DNA of 64,000 bases, taken from the NCBI GenBank assembly GCA_013239625.1, contig MU054187.1, positions 22,385,280-22,449,279 of the forward strand, written 5' to 3'. Positions 23,915 through 38,185 of the stretch are shown here, one piece after another. This DNA comes from Lama guanicoe. Taxonomy: Eukaryota. The notes under the pieces are model-generated. The model was not told where the DNA came from, searched no databases, and worked only from the letters and a program-made list of their open reading frames with translations. Each line of letters begins with the position of its first letter. Positions within the stretch are counted from its first letter, which is position 1. A program made the translations under genes and the position numbers.

Positions 23915-25560
23915 CCAGTTCAATGATTTCCAAACTGTTTTGGATCACATATCTTGATTGGTAGAAAATGTCTGAACTCATACCTCTACTAAATGAGGGA
24001 GAGTAAATTTGTGTATAAATTTACATACTTTTAAAAAATAAATTGCATACTTGTATCATTGTACTGATATTTTTATGTACACTCATAACCATAAGCAAAA
24101 AAATAAAAAGGAAAAAGAAAGGTTAGACAGCAATGAAATACGTATTTTAAAACCAATGCAATATTTTATTGTATTTATTAATAATATTTTTTTTTTGTTC
24201 CTAGTTTGTGAGATCATCTTATTTTAATCTTGGCATGACATTTAATGACATACTGTTTTGAGGGCTTGGGTTCTCAGTTCAGTTGATTCAACACCCAAGT
24301 TTAACAGCTATAATGAAAAAGAAACTTAAAAAATGTATTGATACAAATGGGCTAAGTATATCATTGTCCTTAGTTATTAAAATACAATACTCGTTTTTCA
24401 TCCCCAGACACCAATTATGCCAAATTTTTTGTTGAAATTCAGGCAGGTAATTCAGTTCACCTTGATGTAGCCATTGGGTTAAAAAAAAAAAAAGTTAAAA
24501 GGATTCAAACTTTTCATTTGGAAGATGTTAAATAGGGTAGAAAATTCTATTTGAAGAGTTTTAAAGTTTGCAACTAAAAGCATTCTTATAGATGACACAC
24601 TTCTGTCATTTTTCAGCCATAATATCAGATATTAATGGAAATATTTCCAATCATCTGTTTTCCAAATAGTCTTCATAATATTAATTTTCCCTGAATTGTT
24701 TACTTTCTCATTCACTATAAAAATGTTCCCTTGACTTAATGTTACACAAAGGATAAGTGTGCTTGTTTTTAAAATATGCTAAGTAGCACTCAGTTGATAG
24801 CTTTTTGTCATCAGTGAAAAGGGCAACACATTTTCAGCACTTACCTTTTTTGTAAATGAAATGCTTAATTTGTCTTTAATTTCAGCAGCTCCTTCAAGCA
24901 CTTTTCAGTGAAATAATATGAACTTCTCTGTGGTAGCAAATATTATCACTGTTAGTCCTCCCTCATTACAAAGTCATAAATATTTGATGGCATTTTAAAG
25001 AATTATGTTCTTATGAAATTAAAAACATCAGTGTTGCACTCCTGGCTTCAATTTCTTTGACGAAAAACTTGCCTATCAGTGATGCAGTCAAGAAATTTTA
25101 CATAGGAAAACATTACACTAGAATCTTTCAAAAATGTTTTCACTCCAGGCAAAGCAGTATAACACATATTTCTCCTAAAACATTTTTAAAAGAAAACCAG
25201 CAAGGATTCTCTTACTGCTGAGAACTTACCTATCTTCTTCAGCATACTCTTCCTTTCGAGGCATCAAATTGTGATCAATCAGGAATTTTCTTTTTGAAAT
25301 GCAATCTAGCAAATAAAATTTGGGACATGGTAGAAATGTTGATAGATCTACTCAGTTCTAACACTGTATAAATTCTATTGCTACATGCATAATTTGTTAT
25401 AATACCTGTTTCTCTAAGTCTTCAGAAATGTTTTCTACGTATCTTCTTCCAACACTACTGAAGGACTACATATTCATTTGTGTCTTATTGCTTCATGGAT
25501 TATTTTAGTTCTATGCTGGAAGGGAAACAGTTTTCCAAAGGCTCTTTTATTAATCAGTAA
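23915..25560 (-). mobile_element. hAT-Charlie DNA transposon remnant with decayed transposase
   Basis: Minus-strand translation near 24750-24840 gives ...ALFTDDKKLSTECYLA..., resembling the Charlie transposase DLF.DDKW....YLADIF motif; hAT-like end caatgatttccaaactgtttt near 23920. Confidence 0.65.
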
Positions 25561-25804
25561 ACTTCTAAACATTTGTTATTAAGTTTAGTGGCATGTCATT
25601 AAATGTCAGATTGAGTAACTCTTGACTTTGAAAACTTCTGAAAAAACCATAAAAGGCTGTCCTTATGTTTTGGATACTTAGTTTTTTAATGTCTCCCTAA
25701 TCATGAGCAAACCTTGAGGCACAATGCAGATAAGGATTAGATAAGGATCTTCATTAACAATAATAACCAAAAAATCCACATTTTAAATTATTTCATCATG
25801 ACTT

Positions 25805-26559
25805 AAAAAAAATTTTTTTTTATTGCGGTATAATCAGTTTACAATGTTGCATCAATTTCTGGTATACAGCACAATGTCATACATGGGTATACATATATTC
25901 ATTTTCATATTCTTTTTCACCATGAGCTACTGCAAGATATCAAATATAGTTCCCTGTGCTACACAGTATAAACTTGTTTATCTATTTTATATAGACCAGT
26001 CAGTATCTGCAAATCTTGAACTCCCAGTTTATCCCTTCCCACCCCGCTCCTCCTGGCAACCACAAGTTTGTATGTCTGTGAGTCTGTTTCTGTTTTATAT
26101 ATAAGTTCATTTGTCTTATTTTTTTTTTTAGATTCCACATATGAGGGATATCATTTTTCTTCCTCTTTCTGGCTTACTTCACTGAGAATGACATTCTCCA
26201 GGGACATCCATGTTGCTGAAAATGGTATTATTTTGTCATTTTTTATGGCTGAATAGTATTCCATTGTATAAATATACCACATCTTCTTTATCCAGTCACC
26301 TGTTGATGGACATTTAGGTTGTTTCCATGTTTTGGCTGTTGTAAATAGTGCTGCTATGAACATTGGGGTGCAGTTGTCTTTTTGAATTAAGATTCCCTCT
26401 GGATATATGCCCAGCAGTGGGATTGCTGGGTCATATAGTAGGTCTGTTTTTAATCTTTTCAGGAATCTCCATGCTGCTTTCCATAATAGCTGCACCAAAC
26501 TGTATTCCCACCAACAGTGCAGAAGAGTTCCCTTTTCTCCACACCCTCTTCACCATTTC
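25805..26559 (-). mobile_element. Young 5'-truncated LINE-1 with open ORF2 C-terminus
   Basis: ORF 26151-26498(-) [10 protein letters not shown]...[12 protein letters not shown]...[20 protein letters not shown]...[18 protein letters not shown] is the L1 ORF2 C-terminus; perfect 15 bp TSD atttcatcatgactt at 25790-25804 and 26560-26574. Confidence 0.96.
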
Positions 26560-26734
26560 ATTTCATCATGACTTTGAATCTGGGAGGTGACTTTTGTTAG
26601 ATCTGACTCCATCTTGTTTAATAATATGGCTGCCAAAAAGCTTATTCACGAAGATAAGTGTCACAGCTAAGATTTTCTTTTGTGTCCAATTTTGCTTGCA
26701 TTTTAAATTTTATTTGCTATTTCTTTGTGGGGAT

Positions 26735-26860
26735 TTTTTTGAGGGGGGGTAATTAAGTTTATTTATTTATTCATTTATTTATTTAACGGAGGTACTGGGG
26801 ATAGAACCCGGACGTTGTGCATAGTAAGCACACGCTCCATCACTGAGATGTACCCTCCCT
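26735..26860 (-). mobile_element. Camelid SINE (vic-1-like)
   Basis: gggggtaattaagttt...ggaggtactggggatagaaccc...cactgagatgtaccctccc; TSD tttgtggg(g/a)at. Confidence 0.9.
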
Positions 26861-27977
26861 CTTTTTGTGGGAATGTTTTGAGGGACTTGCCCATTTCATG
26901 CAAGTCAGTTTAGTTAAAACTTAAGGCAGCCCAGGTAACTTGCAATGCCCCACAGTGAAGGAATGGAAAGGGGGACCCTTTGTTCTGGGGGGCTGTAATT
27001 CCCACTTCCATGTCCACGGACACCATAACGAATCCTAATGTCCAACATCCACGGGCTATAGCCTGTGACGGCCCGTTGTCAGTCCTTTTTATTATATGTC
27101 AGTAAGGACTAGCGTCTTTTTAAGATTATTTTTAAACAGGTAGACGTTTTAGTATTTTCTTCCCAAACCACTACTGTTATTTCCTCTGCTGGATTGCCTT
27201 GTGTTCCCTTGAAGCACACACACCCTACTTTGGAGTAACTATTCTGATGTTTGGTTGAGTGAGAAACATGCCAATCCTTTGAGAGAGTTCCATCCACTGG
27301 AGGCCTCAGACCCATATCCTCTCCAGCACTAAAATGTGTCATTTATTGTTTGGTGTTATTTTCATTTTAGGTATATTTGTCTTTCCTTTTCATCTGAATC
27401 AAAAGCAACTTGCAGGCACGGCATACTTCTTACTCTTCTCTTTTATTCCTCACATTCCCTAGCCCAATACTCTGTCTAGAAGATATGTAATTCATATGTT
27501 CTTCTGTGCTAAATCGGTTTTAACTTCTCATATGCTATGTTGTCTTGTTGCCCCAGATTGCAATTTCCATAATGGAACCTGTTCTTTGGACTCCCCACCT
27601 CTGCCACATAACTTACATGAACTTTTGACAAATAGGTGTTGACTAAAACCACATAACCAAATAGATGTGGCCAATAATCTCATTGTACACAGAAATTAAG
27701 CCCATATGGATCAGGGCTCTAACGGAGTGCTGAACAGTACAAATTAGTTTTAGACAGTACAAATGACCTCTACTATTCCCATGAATATTTCACTCAATTA
27801 ACAGATGTATCATCAAGAGAAAAATATGTACCTCTTCCCACAAAGAGTACGTGTGCATTTGAGCAACGGTATCAAAATAATAATTAAACAATAAAAGGCA
27901 AATTCTATGAGGAAATATTTGTTTATTATTTCATTCACTTAATGAAGTCATGTTTTTAGTGTGCTCTCCATGTGCTA

Positions 27978-28200
27978 CACATTTGTAGATACTGACAGGC
28001 ATATATAGAATAGATAAGCAAGATTATACTGTATAGCACAGGGAAACATATACAAGATCTTGTGGTAGCTCATGGTGAAAACGAATGTGACAATGAATAT
28101 ATGTATGTTTACGTATAACTGAAAAATTGTGCTCTGCACTGCAAATTGACACAACACTGTAAACTGACCATAACTCAATAAAATAAAATTTTAAAAATTA
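27978..28200 (+). mobile_element. Young LINE-1 3'UTR fragment
   Basis: gtagatactgacagg...tagcacagggaaac...aaattgacacaacactgtaaactgaccataactcaataaaa. Confidence 0.9.
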
Positions 28201-29975
28201 TAAATGTGGTATAATAAAACAGGAAGCAGAGGACACAGTAAAAACATACCAAAGAGAACATGTTATATCATCATCATGCGATAATTCATGTTGAATAGAG
28301 GCTTAAAGAAGCTGTTGTCCAACTCACATAGAACTCCTTACTCTTGTTTCGTAAACTCAGTGTGCTTGTAAATTATTTGTTCAGTATTGGCCAGTTTACC
28401 TCACCAGACTACAAGCTCCACTGGGGCCCAGAGCAGGTTTGAAATATTACTGCTCAACCCCTAGGGTGTATTGCAATGCTGGCATTTAATCAAGTATTCA
28501 GTAAGCACATGTTGACTGATCAGATTGATGTCTAGGGAGAAAACACCAGAAGTTGCACATATTTTAAAATTTATAAAAAGGGACTCTTCTGTAGTTCACT
28601 CTTATACAGTGCTGTATGTCAATCACATCTCAATAACTGAAAGAAAAAAAGTAGAGAGAATTATAAAACTGAAGATTAAGCTATTGTAATTGAGGAAAAT
28701 TTGAGAAAGATAAGTTATTCAAGAAAATAAGTCTTTACGGGTAAATTTAAAAGAATAATTTAAAAGATAAATATCTGTTGGATTTTGCCAGAGGCTGACA
28801 GGTTCAAGAATTCAGTGACATGTATAGAATCCATATGAGGAGCCAGACATTGTGCTGGGTGCTGAGATGCAGGAGAGGATAAGATAAACTTGGTCTCTGT
28901 CCACATGGAATTTACAGAAATCCAGAAGGTTCTAAAAGGCTCAAAGATTATTTTCCAAACATGTAACATAAAACAAAAGCTCTATTACCAAAGATAATTG
29001 CATATTTGATAATATAAGCAAATAATTAACAGATCTCTGGTTACATTTTGACAAGGGCAATTTCTGGTCCCAAGTGGTGTTCTGTGGTTTCCGGTATAAT
29101 CCATGCTGTTTCCACACCCCAGGTCATTGTTCACATCATTGCTCCTTGCTGGGATTCTTTTCCACATAAGCCCATCTTTTACTTGTCGAAATCTACTTAT
29201 CTTTTAAATTTCTTGAACACACACACAACTACCCATCTGACATCTGACACCCCCTCAGTCACCACATGCTTCGTGTAAATGCCCCATCATTGAGCTTACC
29301 ATTTGGAAATCAAGATTTATTGGTCTGTCTCTTTTCTGAACCCTAAGTTTCTCTAGAACAGAGCCTAGTTTTCACTGATTTTGTCCTTAATGCCCAGTAC
29401 ATAACAAGTGATCAATAAAAGTTTGCTACCTTGAACAGAAGCCTCTGTATTTTCTGTTTAGAAGCCTCTGTTTGCCTAATTTAAGAGCCAAGAGTTCACC
29501 CGACAGTCTCAATTTCTAGATTTATTTACAAGGTATCTACATTCTATGAGACATCAGGGAAGGTCATTAAATGGAAAGCATTCACAAACTTGACTATGTT
29601 CTCTTTCCTTCTCACCAGCCACTTAAATGAGAATTTGAGGCAGAGAATTTGAGAATATCGTTATCTCTACCATCCTCATCACTTAAAATCCATTTACCTT
29701 CTTAACACTTCAAATACCAAAAGACTGCATAACAAACAAAGTCAGACTCCTTTGTTGACAAATCTAGTGCCTAAAATGCTACAAAAGTGCCAGAGGGGGA
29801 CATTCTCTGATCCATTACTCTTCCTTGGGTAGTAAAATGAGTTTTTTCAGAGACAGAAGAAAACAGAGACATGAACATATGAAAATATCTACCATCTGTG
29901 ATTGTTATCTCTGACTTGGCACCTCAGATACACAGGGAGTTCCTTACACTGATTAATTGCTATTTTGGCATCTCT

Positions 29976-30481
29976 GTATTATCTGTTGCTGCAGTAATGC
30001 CTCATAACAAACCATCTCAAACTCAGGGCCTCAAAATAATAAGCATGCTTTTGTTTACTATACATTGATGATTTTAAATGTGTTTAGCTGGAACATTCTT
30101 CTGATCTCAGCTGGATTTCCTCACGTATCTGGGGGCTGGCTGGCAGTTGGCTAACGTAGGATGGCCCTAGCTGGGATGTGTGGAACAACTCAGCTCTCTT
30201 CCATGTGTCTCTTACACCCTTCCCGTGGGCTGGCCCAGGCACATTCCCACAACATGGCAGAGGAGAACAGTGAGCAAGCCCAGTCATGCAAGAGGGAAAA
30301 AAAAGAGCCTTTATTTTCACTCTTCAAGTCTCTGCTTGTGCCATGTTGGCTAACATCCTATTACCCAAAACAAGTCACATGCCAAGCTCAGAGTCAGGGT
30401 GGGAGGAAACTTTAAAGTCACTGAACAAACACTGTGGAGTCATGGAGGCCATTAGAGGGGGTCATTAATACAACCAATCTA
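29976..30481 (-). mobile_element. MLT1 MaLR solo LTR
   Basis: tgtattatctgttgctgcagtaatgcctcataacaaacc...ggctaacatcctattacccaaaacaagtcacatgccaagctcagagtca. Confidence 0.85.
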
Positions 30482-33400
30482 TGGACACCTGGATTCCGGA
30501 ACACGCCATAACAATAAACTTTTACTCCATGGCTTCTGATTACTGCTTCTCCCTGTGAAGCCTGTTTGTTTCCCAGCCATTCTGTCATCTGTTTCTCTCT
30601 CTGAGTGTCTGGTATTATCACCATCTTCTGGGAGACTGTTGGCAAACCTTTATTCCAGACCACATCCTAAGCTGCAGTCTAATTTAAAAATAAACCATCG
30701 TTGCTCTGCTCAGTTATTGTCAAGTGTTGGTATATTGGGCAAAAAAAGAATCCCTCAGTTGGGGGTATAAGTATTGTAAGTCCTCTGAGGTCTCTCAAAA
30801 TGGGGTAGCCTAGTTGTTGTCAAGTGCTTTCAATGGACTGTTTAATATAAGAACCACTACAAACAAGAAAAGACTAATACAAGAATGTAAGGATAAATCA
30901 CTGTAATAAAACCTATTAATAAAGCTGAAGAATCTAAATATCATTTTTGACTTCAGTACCAATTAATAATAAGGCTATACTTATATTACTTGTGAAAACA
31001 AGATTTAAAGATTGTATTCTATTTTGGTAAAAATTTGTGTCGGTTTATCATCATGCTGTTACTGCTGCACTCTAAATTAAATATGTATTTCAATTTTTAA
31101 AAAAGAATCTAGCCAATTATCAAGTAACTTAGCTACAGAACAAAGCTTCACAGTTTAGCATTCTTAAAAAAAGTAAAGAAAGAAAACCTAGAACTCAGCA
31201 AGTTCAGACTTAACAATGTCCAGCATGCAATTAAAATTTACTAGACAAGCATGAACATGTTTTTCACATCAGAATAATCTGTTAATAGAAGCAGACTGGG
31301 AAATGGTATAGATGATAGAATTAGCAGATAAGAATGATAAAAGTGCTATTATAAACATGGTCAAATATTTAAAGGAAAATATGAATATAATGAGGAGAAG
31401 AGAAGATTTAAAAAAAAAATCGAATGTACTTTCTAGGGTTGAAAAATGCAAAACTTGAAACAGGAATTTAACTGGATGAACTTAATAGTAGATTAGATAC
31501 TACCAAAGAAAAAAAATCAATGAAATTCAAGATATAACAACCAAAACTATCCAAACCGAAGTGCAGACAGAAAAAAAAAAAAACCTCAAGAAGTTTATCA
31601 AACCTTATGCAAGTAAATACATAGCAAATCATGCAAAGACACATAATAATCAAGTTGCTCAAAACTGTTGATAAAGAAAATTATTTTAAAAGAAACAACA
31701 ACATAAGGTGAATTAGTACAGAAAAACAAAAATAAAAATTATTTCAGACTTTTCATGAGAAATTGCCCAAGCCAGAAAACAAGGCACGGCATTTTTAAAG
31801 AACTGAAGGAAAAAAAGCAATCAAACTAGAATTCTTTATCCAGGAAAAAAAAAATCCTTTAAAATATGAAAAGTGAAATAAACCTTTTTGGGCAAATGAA
31901 ATCTGAGATACTTATTGCCAACAAGTAGACAAAACTTAGTAGACCTTCACTATAAGAAATATTAAAGGAAGTCCTTCAGAATAAAGGAAATAGAAATCCA
32001 TTTGTAATCCAGATCCACACAAAGCAATGAATATCACTGGAAATGGTATATATGTAGGTAAGTGTAAAACTTTTTTCATTTTTTTATGTTTTAAAAAGAT
32101 TGATTATTTAACACAAAAATGCAAAAATGCTAATAATATAGATACGTGCAGAACTTAAAATTACTATGACAACAATAGCACCAAGAAGAGGAAGGGAGAA
32201 ACTGGAAGTACACTATCGTAAATTGCTTACGTTAAACACACAGTAGTATATTATTATTTACAGTTAGATTGCGTAAATTAAAGATGTATACTATAGACCC
32301 TAAGACAATCACTGAAAAGCACTAAGAGTTATAGCTAATAAGTCAATAGTGGAGATTGAATGGAACATTAAAAAATACTTGTCTAGTCCAACGTAAGGAG
32401 GAAAAGAGGAAAAAGCAACAGGAGATGGTACATATAGAAAAGAAACTTTAAGATGTAAAAGCAAAACTATTCGTGTCAACAATCATGTTAAATTTTAATG
32501 GTTTAGACACTCTAATTAAAAGGCAGAGATTGCCCAGATTCTCTAAAATATCAAGGCTTGACTACTGTTGTCTACAAGGAAACTACTTTAAATATGAAGA
32601 CATTGAATCATTAAAGGAAAAGGGATGGAAAAAGATACTACACACTCATCATAAGAAATCTGGAGTCGATATATTAAAATCAGAAAAAGGAGAATCCAGA
32701 ACAGGTAACCCTAACAGAGATTGAGGGAAATTTTGTAATGATAAAGAAAATATAACAATCCTAATGTGTGAACAGCTAATAATAGATCTACAAAATACAT
32801 GAGTTGGCAGCTGACAGAACTGAAAGAATAAAAAGGTGTGTCTAGATTTATAGTTAGAGATTCCTTTATTCCTCCCAGTAATTGAAAGAACAAGTAGACA
32901 AAACTCAGTAAAACTACAGAAGGCTTGAACAACACAATCATTCAACTTGACCTAACAGCCATGTGTAGAATAATCTTCACTGTGTCCAACAAGAAAACAC
33001 ACTATTCATGTGCAAATGAAAAATACACCAAGAACGCTGGGGAATAAAACACGCATCAATAACTTAAAAACACACATCAACAATTTAAAAACACAGAAAT
33101 GATAGAGCATATGCTCTAACCACATTGGAATTAAATCAGAAAAACAATAACAAAAAGAAATCTGGGAAATCCCCAAATATTAGGAAAACATAACAATGTA
33201 TTTCCTAATAACTCATGGGTTAAAGAACGCACAAGGAATATCTGAACATATTTAGAACTAAATGAAAATATATTTGGGGGAGGCAGCTCAAGCCGTGCTC
33301 AGAAGGAAATCTGTTCTCCAAATGCTTATGTTAGAAAAGAAATTAGGTCCTGAGTGAACACTGGAAACTTTCACCTTAATGAGCTAGAAAAAGAGCAGAA

Positions 33401-34953
33401 AAGCCCCAAATAAGTATAAATGTGGCAATAATTCAGATAAAAGCTAAAATAAATGAAACAGAAGATGAACAGGTAGTGAAATTTATGAAACCAAAGCTTC
33501 TTTTGTGAAGAGATCAATCAAACTAAAATACTTTTAATTAACCTAATAAAATAAAAAAGAGAAAACATAAAATACTAATATTAGGAATAAGCAATGAGAT
33601 ATCAAATATTAAACAAATGTTAAACAATAAGGAGTATTATAAATAACTTTAGGCCAATAAATCTGACAACTTAAATAAAACAGAAAAAAAAAACCTGACA
33701 GACACAAATTTCCAAAACTGGCACATGAAGAAATAGAAAATTAAAATGTCATTTATCTACAAACAAAATTAATTCATAATTAAAACCTTCTCCGAAAGAG
33801 AACTCCTGGCCTACATAGCTTCACTGATGAAAGCTTTCAAAGATTTAAGAAATAAATAATAAAAATCTTATACAACTTCTTTCAGAAAATAGATAAAAAG
33901 CCTCCAACTCATTTTATTGGGCCAGCCTTACCCTGATAACAAACCTAGAAAAAGACACTGCAATAAAGCAACAGACCAATATTCCCAATGAACTCGGATT
34001 CCTTAGCATATTTAAAATTTGTCAAGGAGAACTCAGCTATATGTGAAAAGGACAATACGCCAAGAGCAAATATAGTTTATCTCAAGAATATAATAAGGTT
34101 GGTTTTATGTTTGAAAATCAGTCAATTTAACCCATCATATCAACAAGCTAAAAAGGAAACAAACAAACAAACATAAGATCATCCCAACAGATGACCCTTG
34201 AAAGCATTTGATAAAACTTAACACTCATTCATGATAAAAACTTTCAGCAACTAAGAAAATACGGGAACGTCCTCAGCGTGGTAAAGGATATATGCAGAAA
34301 AAATCTAGCGATAACATTATATTTAATGGTAAAACACTGAATGATTTCCCTTAAAATCATCAGCAACAAGACAAGGATGTCCTTTCTCACAACATCTATT
34401 CAGCATTATACTGTGTGCTGTAGTCAGTGGAATAAAATGAGAGAAGTATATATAAGCATACAGAATGAAAATGAAAAAATAAAACTTTTTTATTGAAGTA
34501 TAGTCAATTTTAAATGTGTTAATTTCTGGTGTACAACATAGTGATTCATATATATATATATTTCTTTTCAGATTCTTTTTTATTATAGGCTGTTACAAGG
34601 TATTGAATATAGTTCCTTGTGCTATAGTAGGACCTTGTTTATCTATCTCATGTATAGTGGTTAGTATCTGCAAATCCTGAACTCCCAGTTTATCCCTTCC
34701 CACCTCCTTTCCTTCCTGGTAACCATAAGTTTGTTTTCTATGTCTGTATGTCTGTTTCTGTTTTGTAAATAAAGTTCATTTGTGTCATTTTTCTAGATTC
34801 CACATATAAATGAAATCATATGGTATTTTTCTTTCTCTTTCTGGCTTATTTCACTTAGAATGATGATCTCCAGGTCTATCTGTGTTACTGCAAATGGCAT
34901 TATTTTATTCATTTTTTATGGCTGAGTAGTATAGTATAAATATACCACATCTT

Positions 34954-34956
<3 letters not shown>

Positions 34957-35000
<44 letters not shown>
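34957..35000. repeat. (GT)n microsatellite, about 22 units
   Basis: Directly visible within the L1. Confidence 0.97.
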
Positions 35001-35003
<3 letters not shown>

Positions 35004-36330
35004 CACCACATGTGTATACATACATACCACATCTTCTTTATCCAATCAAATGTCAATGGACATTTGGGTTGTTTCTGTGTCTTGGCTATTGTAAATAGTG
35101 CTGCTCTGAGCACTGGGGTGCATGTCTTTTTGAATTATATTTTTCTAAGGATATATGTCCAAGGAGTGGGATTGCTAGATCATATGGTAAATCTATTTTT
35201 AGCTTCCTACGGAATCTCTATACTGTTTTCCATAATGGCTGCACCAATTTACATTCCCACCAACAGTGTAGGAGGGTTCCCTTTTCTCTGCACCCTCTCC
35301 AGCATTTATCATTTGTGTACTTTTTAGTCATGGCCATTCTGACTGGTGTGAGGTGATACCTCATTGTAGTTTTGATTTGCATTTCTCTGATGATTAGCAA
35401 CACTGAGCATTTTTTTCCATGTGCCTATTGGTCATCTGTATGTCTTCATTGGAGAATGTGTGTTTAGGTCTTCTGCCCATTTTTGAATTGTTTTTTTGTT
35501 TTTGTTATTGAATTGTAGGAGCTGTTTGTATAGTCTGGAAATTAAGCCCTTGTCAGTTGCATCATATGCAAATATTTTCTCCCATTCTGTAGCTTGTCTT
35601 TTTGTTTAGTTTACAGCTTCCTTTGTTGTGCAAAAGCTTATAAATTTACTTGGGTCCCACTTGTTTGTTTTTGCTTTTATTTCTATTGCCTTGGTAGACT
35701 GCCTAGGAGAACATTGCTACAATATATACCAGAAGATGTTTTGCCTATTTTCTCTTCTAGGAGGTTTATGGTGTCTTGTCTTATGCTTAAGTGTTTAAGC
35801 CATTTTGAGTTAATTTTTGTGTGCAGTGTGAGGGAGTGTTCTAACTTCATTAATTTACACACGGTTGTCCAATTTTCCCAACATCACTTGTCAAAGAGAC
35901 TGTCTTTTCTCCACTGTATATTCTTGCCTTCTTTGTCAAAGATTATTTGACTGAAGTTGTGTGGTTTATTTCTGGGCTCTCTATTCTGTTCCACTGATCC
36001 ATATGTCTGGTTTTTTTTTCTCACAATGTCACACTGTTTTAATTACTGTAGCTTTACAGTATTGTCTGAAGTCTGGGAGGGTCATTCCTCCAGGTTCATT
36101 CTTTTTCTTCAGTATCACTTTGGCAATTCTGGGTCTTTTGTGATTCTATACAAATTTTAGGATTATTTTTTCTAGTTCTGTGAAATAGGTCCTGGGTAAC
36201 TTAATAGGGATCACATTAAATCTGTAGATTGCTTTGGGTAGTATAGTCAATTTAACAACATTAATCCTTCCAATCCAAAAGCATGGGATATCTTTCCATT
36301 TCTTTAAATCTTTAATTTCCTTATCAATTT

Positions 36331-36541
36331 TTTAACATTTTTAAATTAATTTATAATCATTTTACAATGTTGTGCCAAATTCCAGCATAGAGCACAATTT
36401 TTCAGTTATACATGAGCATATATATATTCATTGTCACATTTTTTTTCTCTGTGAGCTACCATAAGATCTTGTATATATTTCCCTGTGCTATACAGTATAA
36501 TCTTGTTTATCTATTCTACATTTTGAAATCCCAGTCTGTCC
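36331..36541 (-). mobile_element. Third-level nested young L1 3'UTR
   Basis: ttttacaatgttgtgccaaattccagc...gagctaccataagatcttgtatatatttccctgtgctatacagtataatcttgtttatctatt interrupts ORF2 of the 34.5-36.8 kb L1. Confidence 0.88.
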
Positions 36542-37707
36542 CTTCAATGTTTTGTAGTTCTCCACGTATAAGTCTTTCACCTCCTTGGTCAGGTTTATTC
36601 CTAAGTATTTTTTATGTGATTTTAAAAGGGTTTTTATTTATTTATTTATTTATTTTACTTTCCTTTTCTGATGTTTCATTGTTGGTATAAAGAAATGCAA
36701 CAGATTTCTGTACGTTAATCCTGTATCCTGCTACCTTGCTGAATTTGTTTATCAGCTCTAGTAGTTTTTGTTAAAACTCTCTTTATTTGCAGAAGCATGA
36801 CTGTGTACATGAAAACTCCCAAGAAATCTACAAAACACTACTAGAACTAGTAAATTCATTAGCAAGCATACTAGGAAAATGTTAAAAAATCAATTGTATT
36901 TAAATATACTATCAATGAACCATTAGAAAAGAAAATTTAAAATCCGCTGACAATAGCATTAAAAGGATGAAATACTTAAGGATAAGTATATGCAATACCA
37001 GTACTATTAAAAATACAAAACATTGCTGAGAGAAACTGACCTACATAAATTGAGACCTATACCATATTCATGGATTAGAAGACTAAATACTGTTAATGTG
37101 TGAGTTCTTCCTAAACTGATCTACATATTCACAACCCCAAACTCCTGGAGGTATTTTTTTTAATAAAAACTAAATAGCTGCTTCTAAAATTCACATGAAA
37201 ATGAAAAAAACCTGAGTCAAAATCATTTTGAAAAAGAAGAAATTTGGAAGATTTATATTTCTTGGTTTCAACACTTTCTAAAGTTTCTAAAATAATCAAT
37301 ACAGTGTGATAAAGGTAGGTTTATAGCTAAAGGGAATGGATTAAAGAGTGAAAAAACAGACATTGAGTTTTCACTAAAGTTGCCGAAGTTAGTTCAGTGG
37401 AGAAAGGATTGTCTTTTCAACAGTGTTGAAACAACAGTACTTCCATTTAGAAAAAATGAACATTGACCTTTTCCTCATACCTTATGCAAAAATTAATTTG
37501 AAATGTATTATAGACCCAAATATGAAAGTTAAAACTATGAAATCCAAGAAGAAAACACATAAAAAAACTCTACCCTCTAGGAGCAGGTAAACTTTCTTAA
37601 AAATGTCATAAAAAGGGAGTCACAAAACAGTTGATGAACTGAACTTTGTCAAAATAAAAACTTCTGTTCTTCACAAGACATTGTTAAGAAAACGAAATGC
37701 AAGCTTA

Positions 37708-38185
37708 ACTGTTGCCGTGTAAAAAATGTCCCCAAAACCGAGTGACCCAAAACAACAATAACAATGATTATCTCTTAGCGTTTTTGTGGATTAGGACCAT
37801 GTGAATTGCTTGGTTGGCCTGCTGTGGCTTGAAGTGTCACGCGAGATTGCAGTCACCTGAAGGCTTGACAGAGGCTGGAGGATTCATTGCTAAGATGTCA
37901 CATATAGTTGGCAAGTTGCTGCTGGCTATTTTTCAACGAGCTTCAGGTCCTCTCTGTATGGATCTTTCCAAAGACTCCCTAGAGCAGGCAAGCCAAGAAT
38001 GCATGATGCAAGTTGCAATGTCTTTCAAGACCTAGTCTCAGAAGTCACATGCCATCACTTCCATAGTTCCCTCTTGGAATATCTGACACGAGTCAGCTCT
38101 AAGGTGGGGGGTGGGGTGGTACACAAGTATAGACAGCAGGGGGCCAGGATCGATAGGGTCCATCTTTGGAGGCTGACTACCACTG
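37708..38185 (-). mobile_element. MLT1 LTR inserted in the old L1
   Basis: gttgccgtgtaaaaaatgtccccaaaaccgagtgacccaaaacaacaa...gacctagtctcagaagtcacatgccatcacttcc...ggaggctgactaccac. Confidence 0.85.

Larger units (their letters stand above)
34487..36771 (-). mobile_element. Younger LINE-1 (~2.3 kb) inserted antisense into the old L1
   Basis: Minus-strand ORF2 peptides [21 protein letters not shown]...[28 protein letters not shown]; short TSD taaaact at 34480-34486 and 36772-36778. Confidence 0.93.

Noticed and set aside
26151..26498. 115 aa ORF as a host gene
   Set aside because: It is the L1 ORF2 C-terminus within a TSD-flanked truncated insertion.
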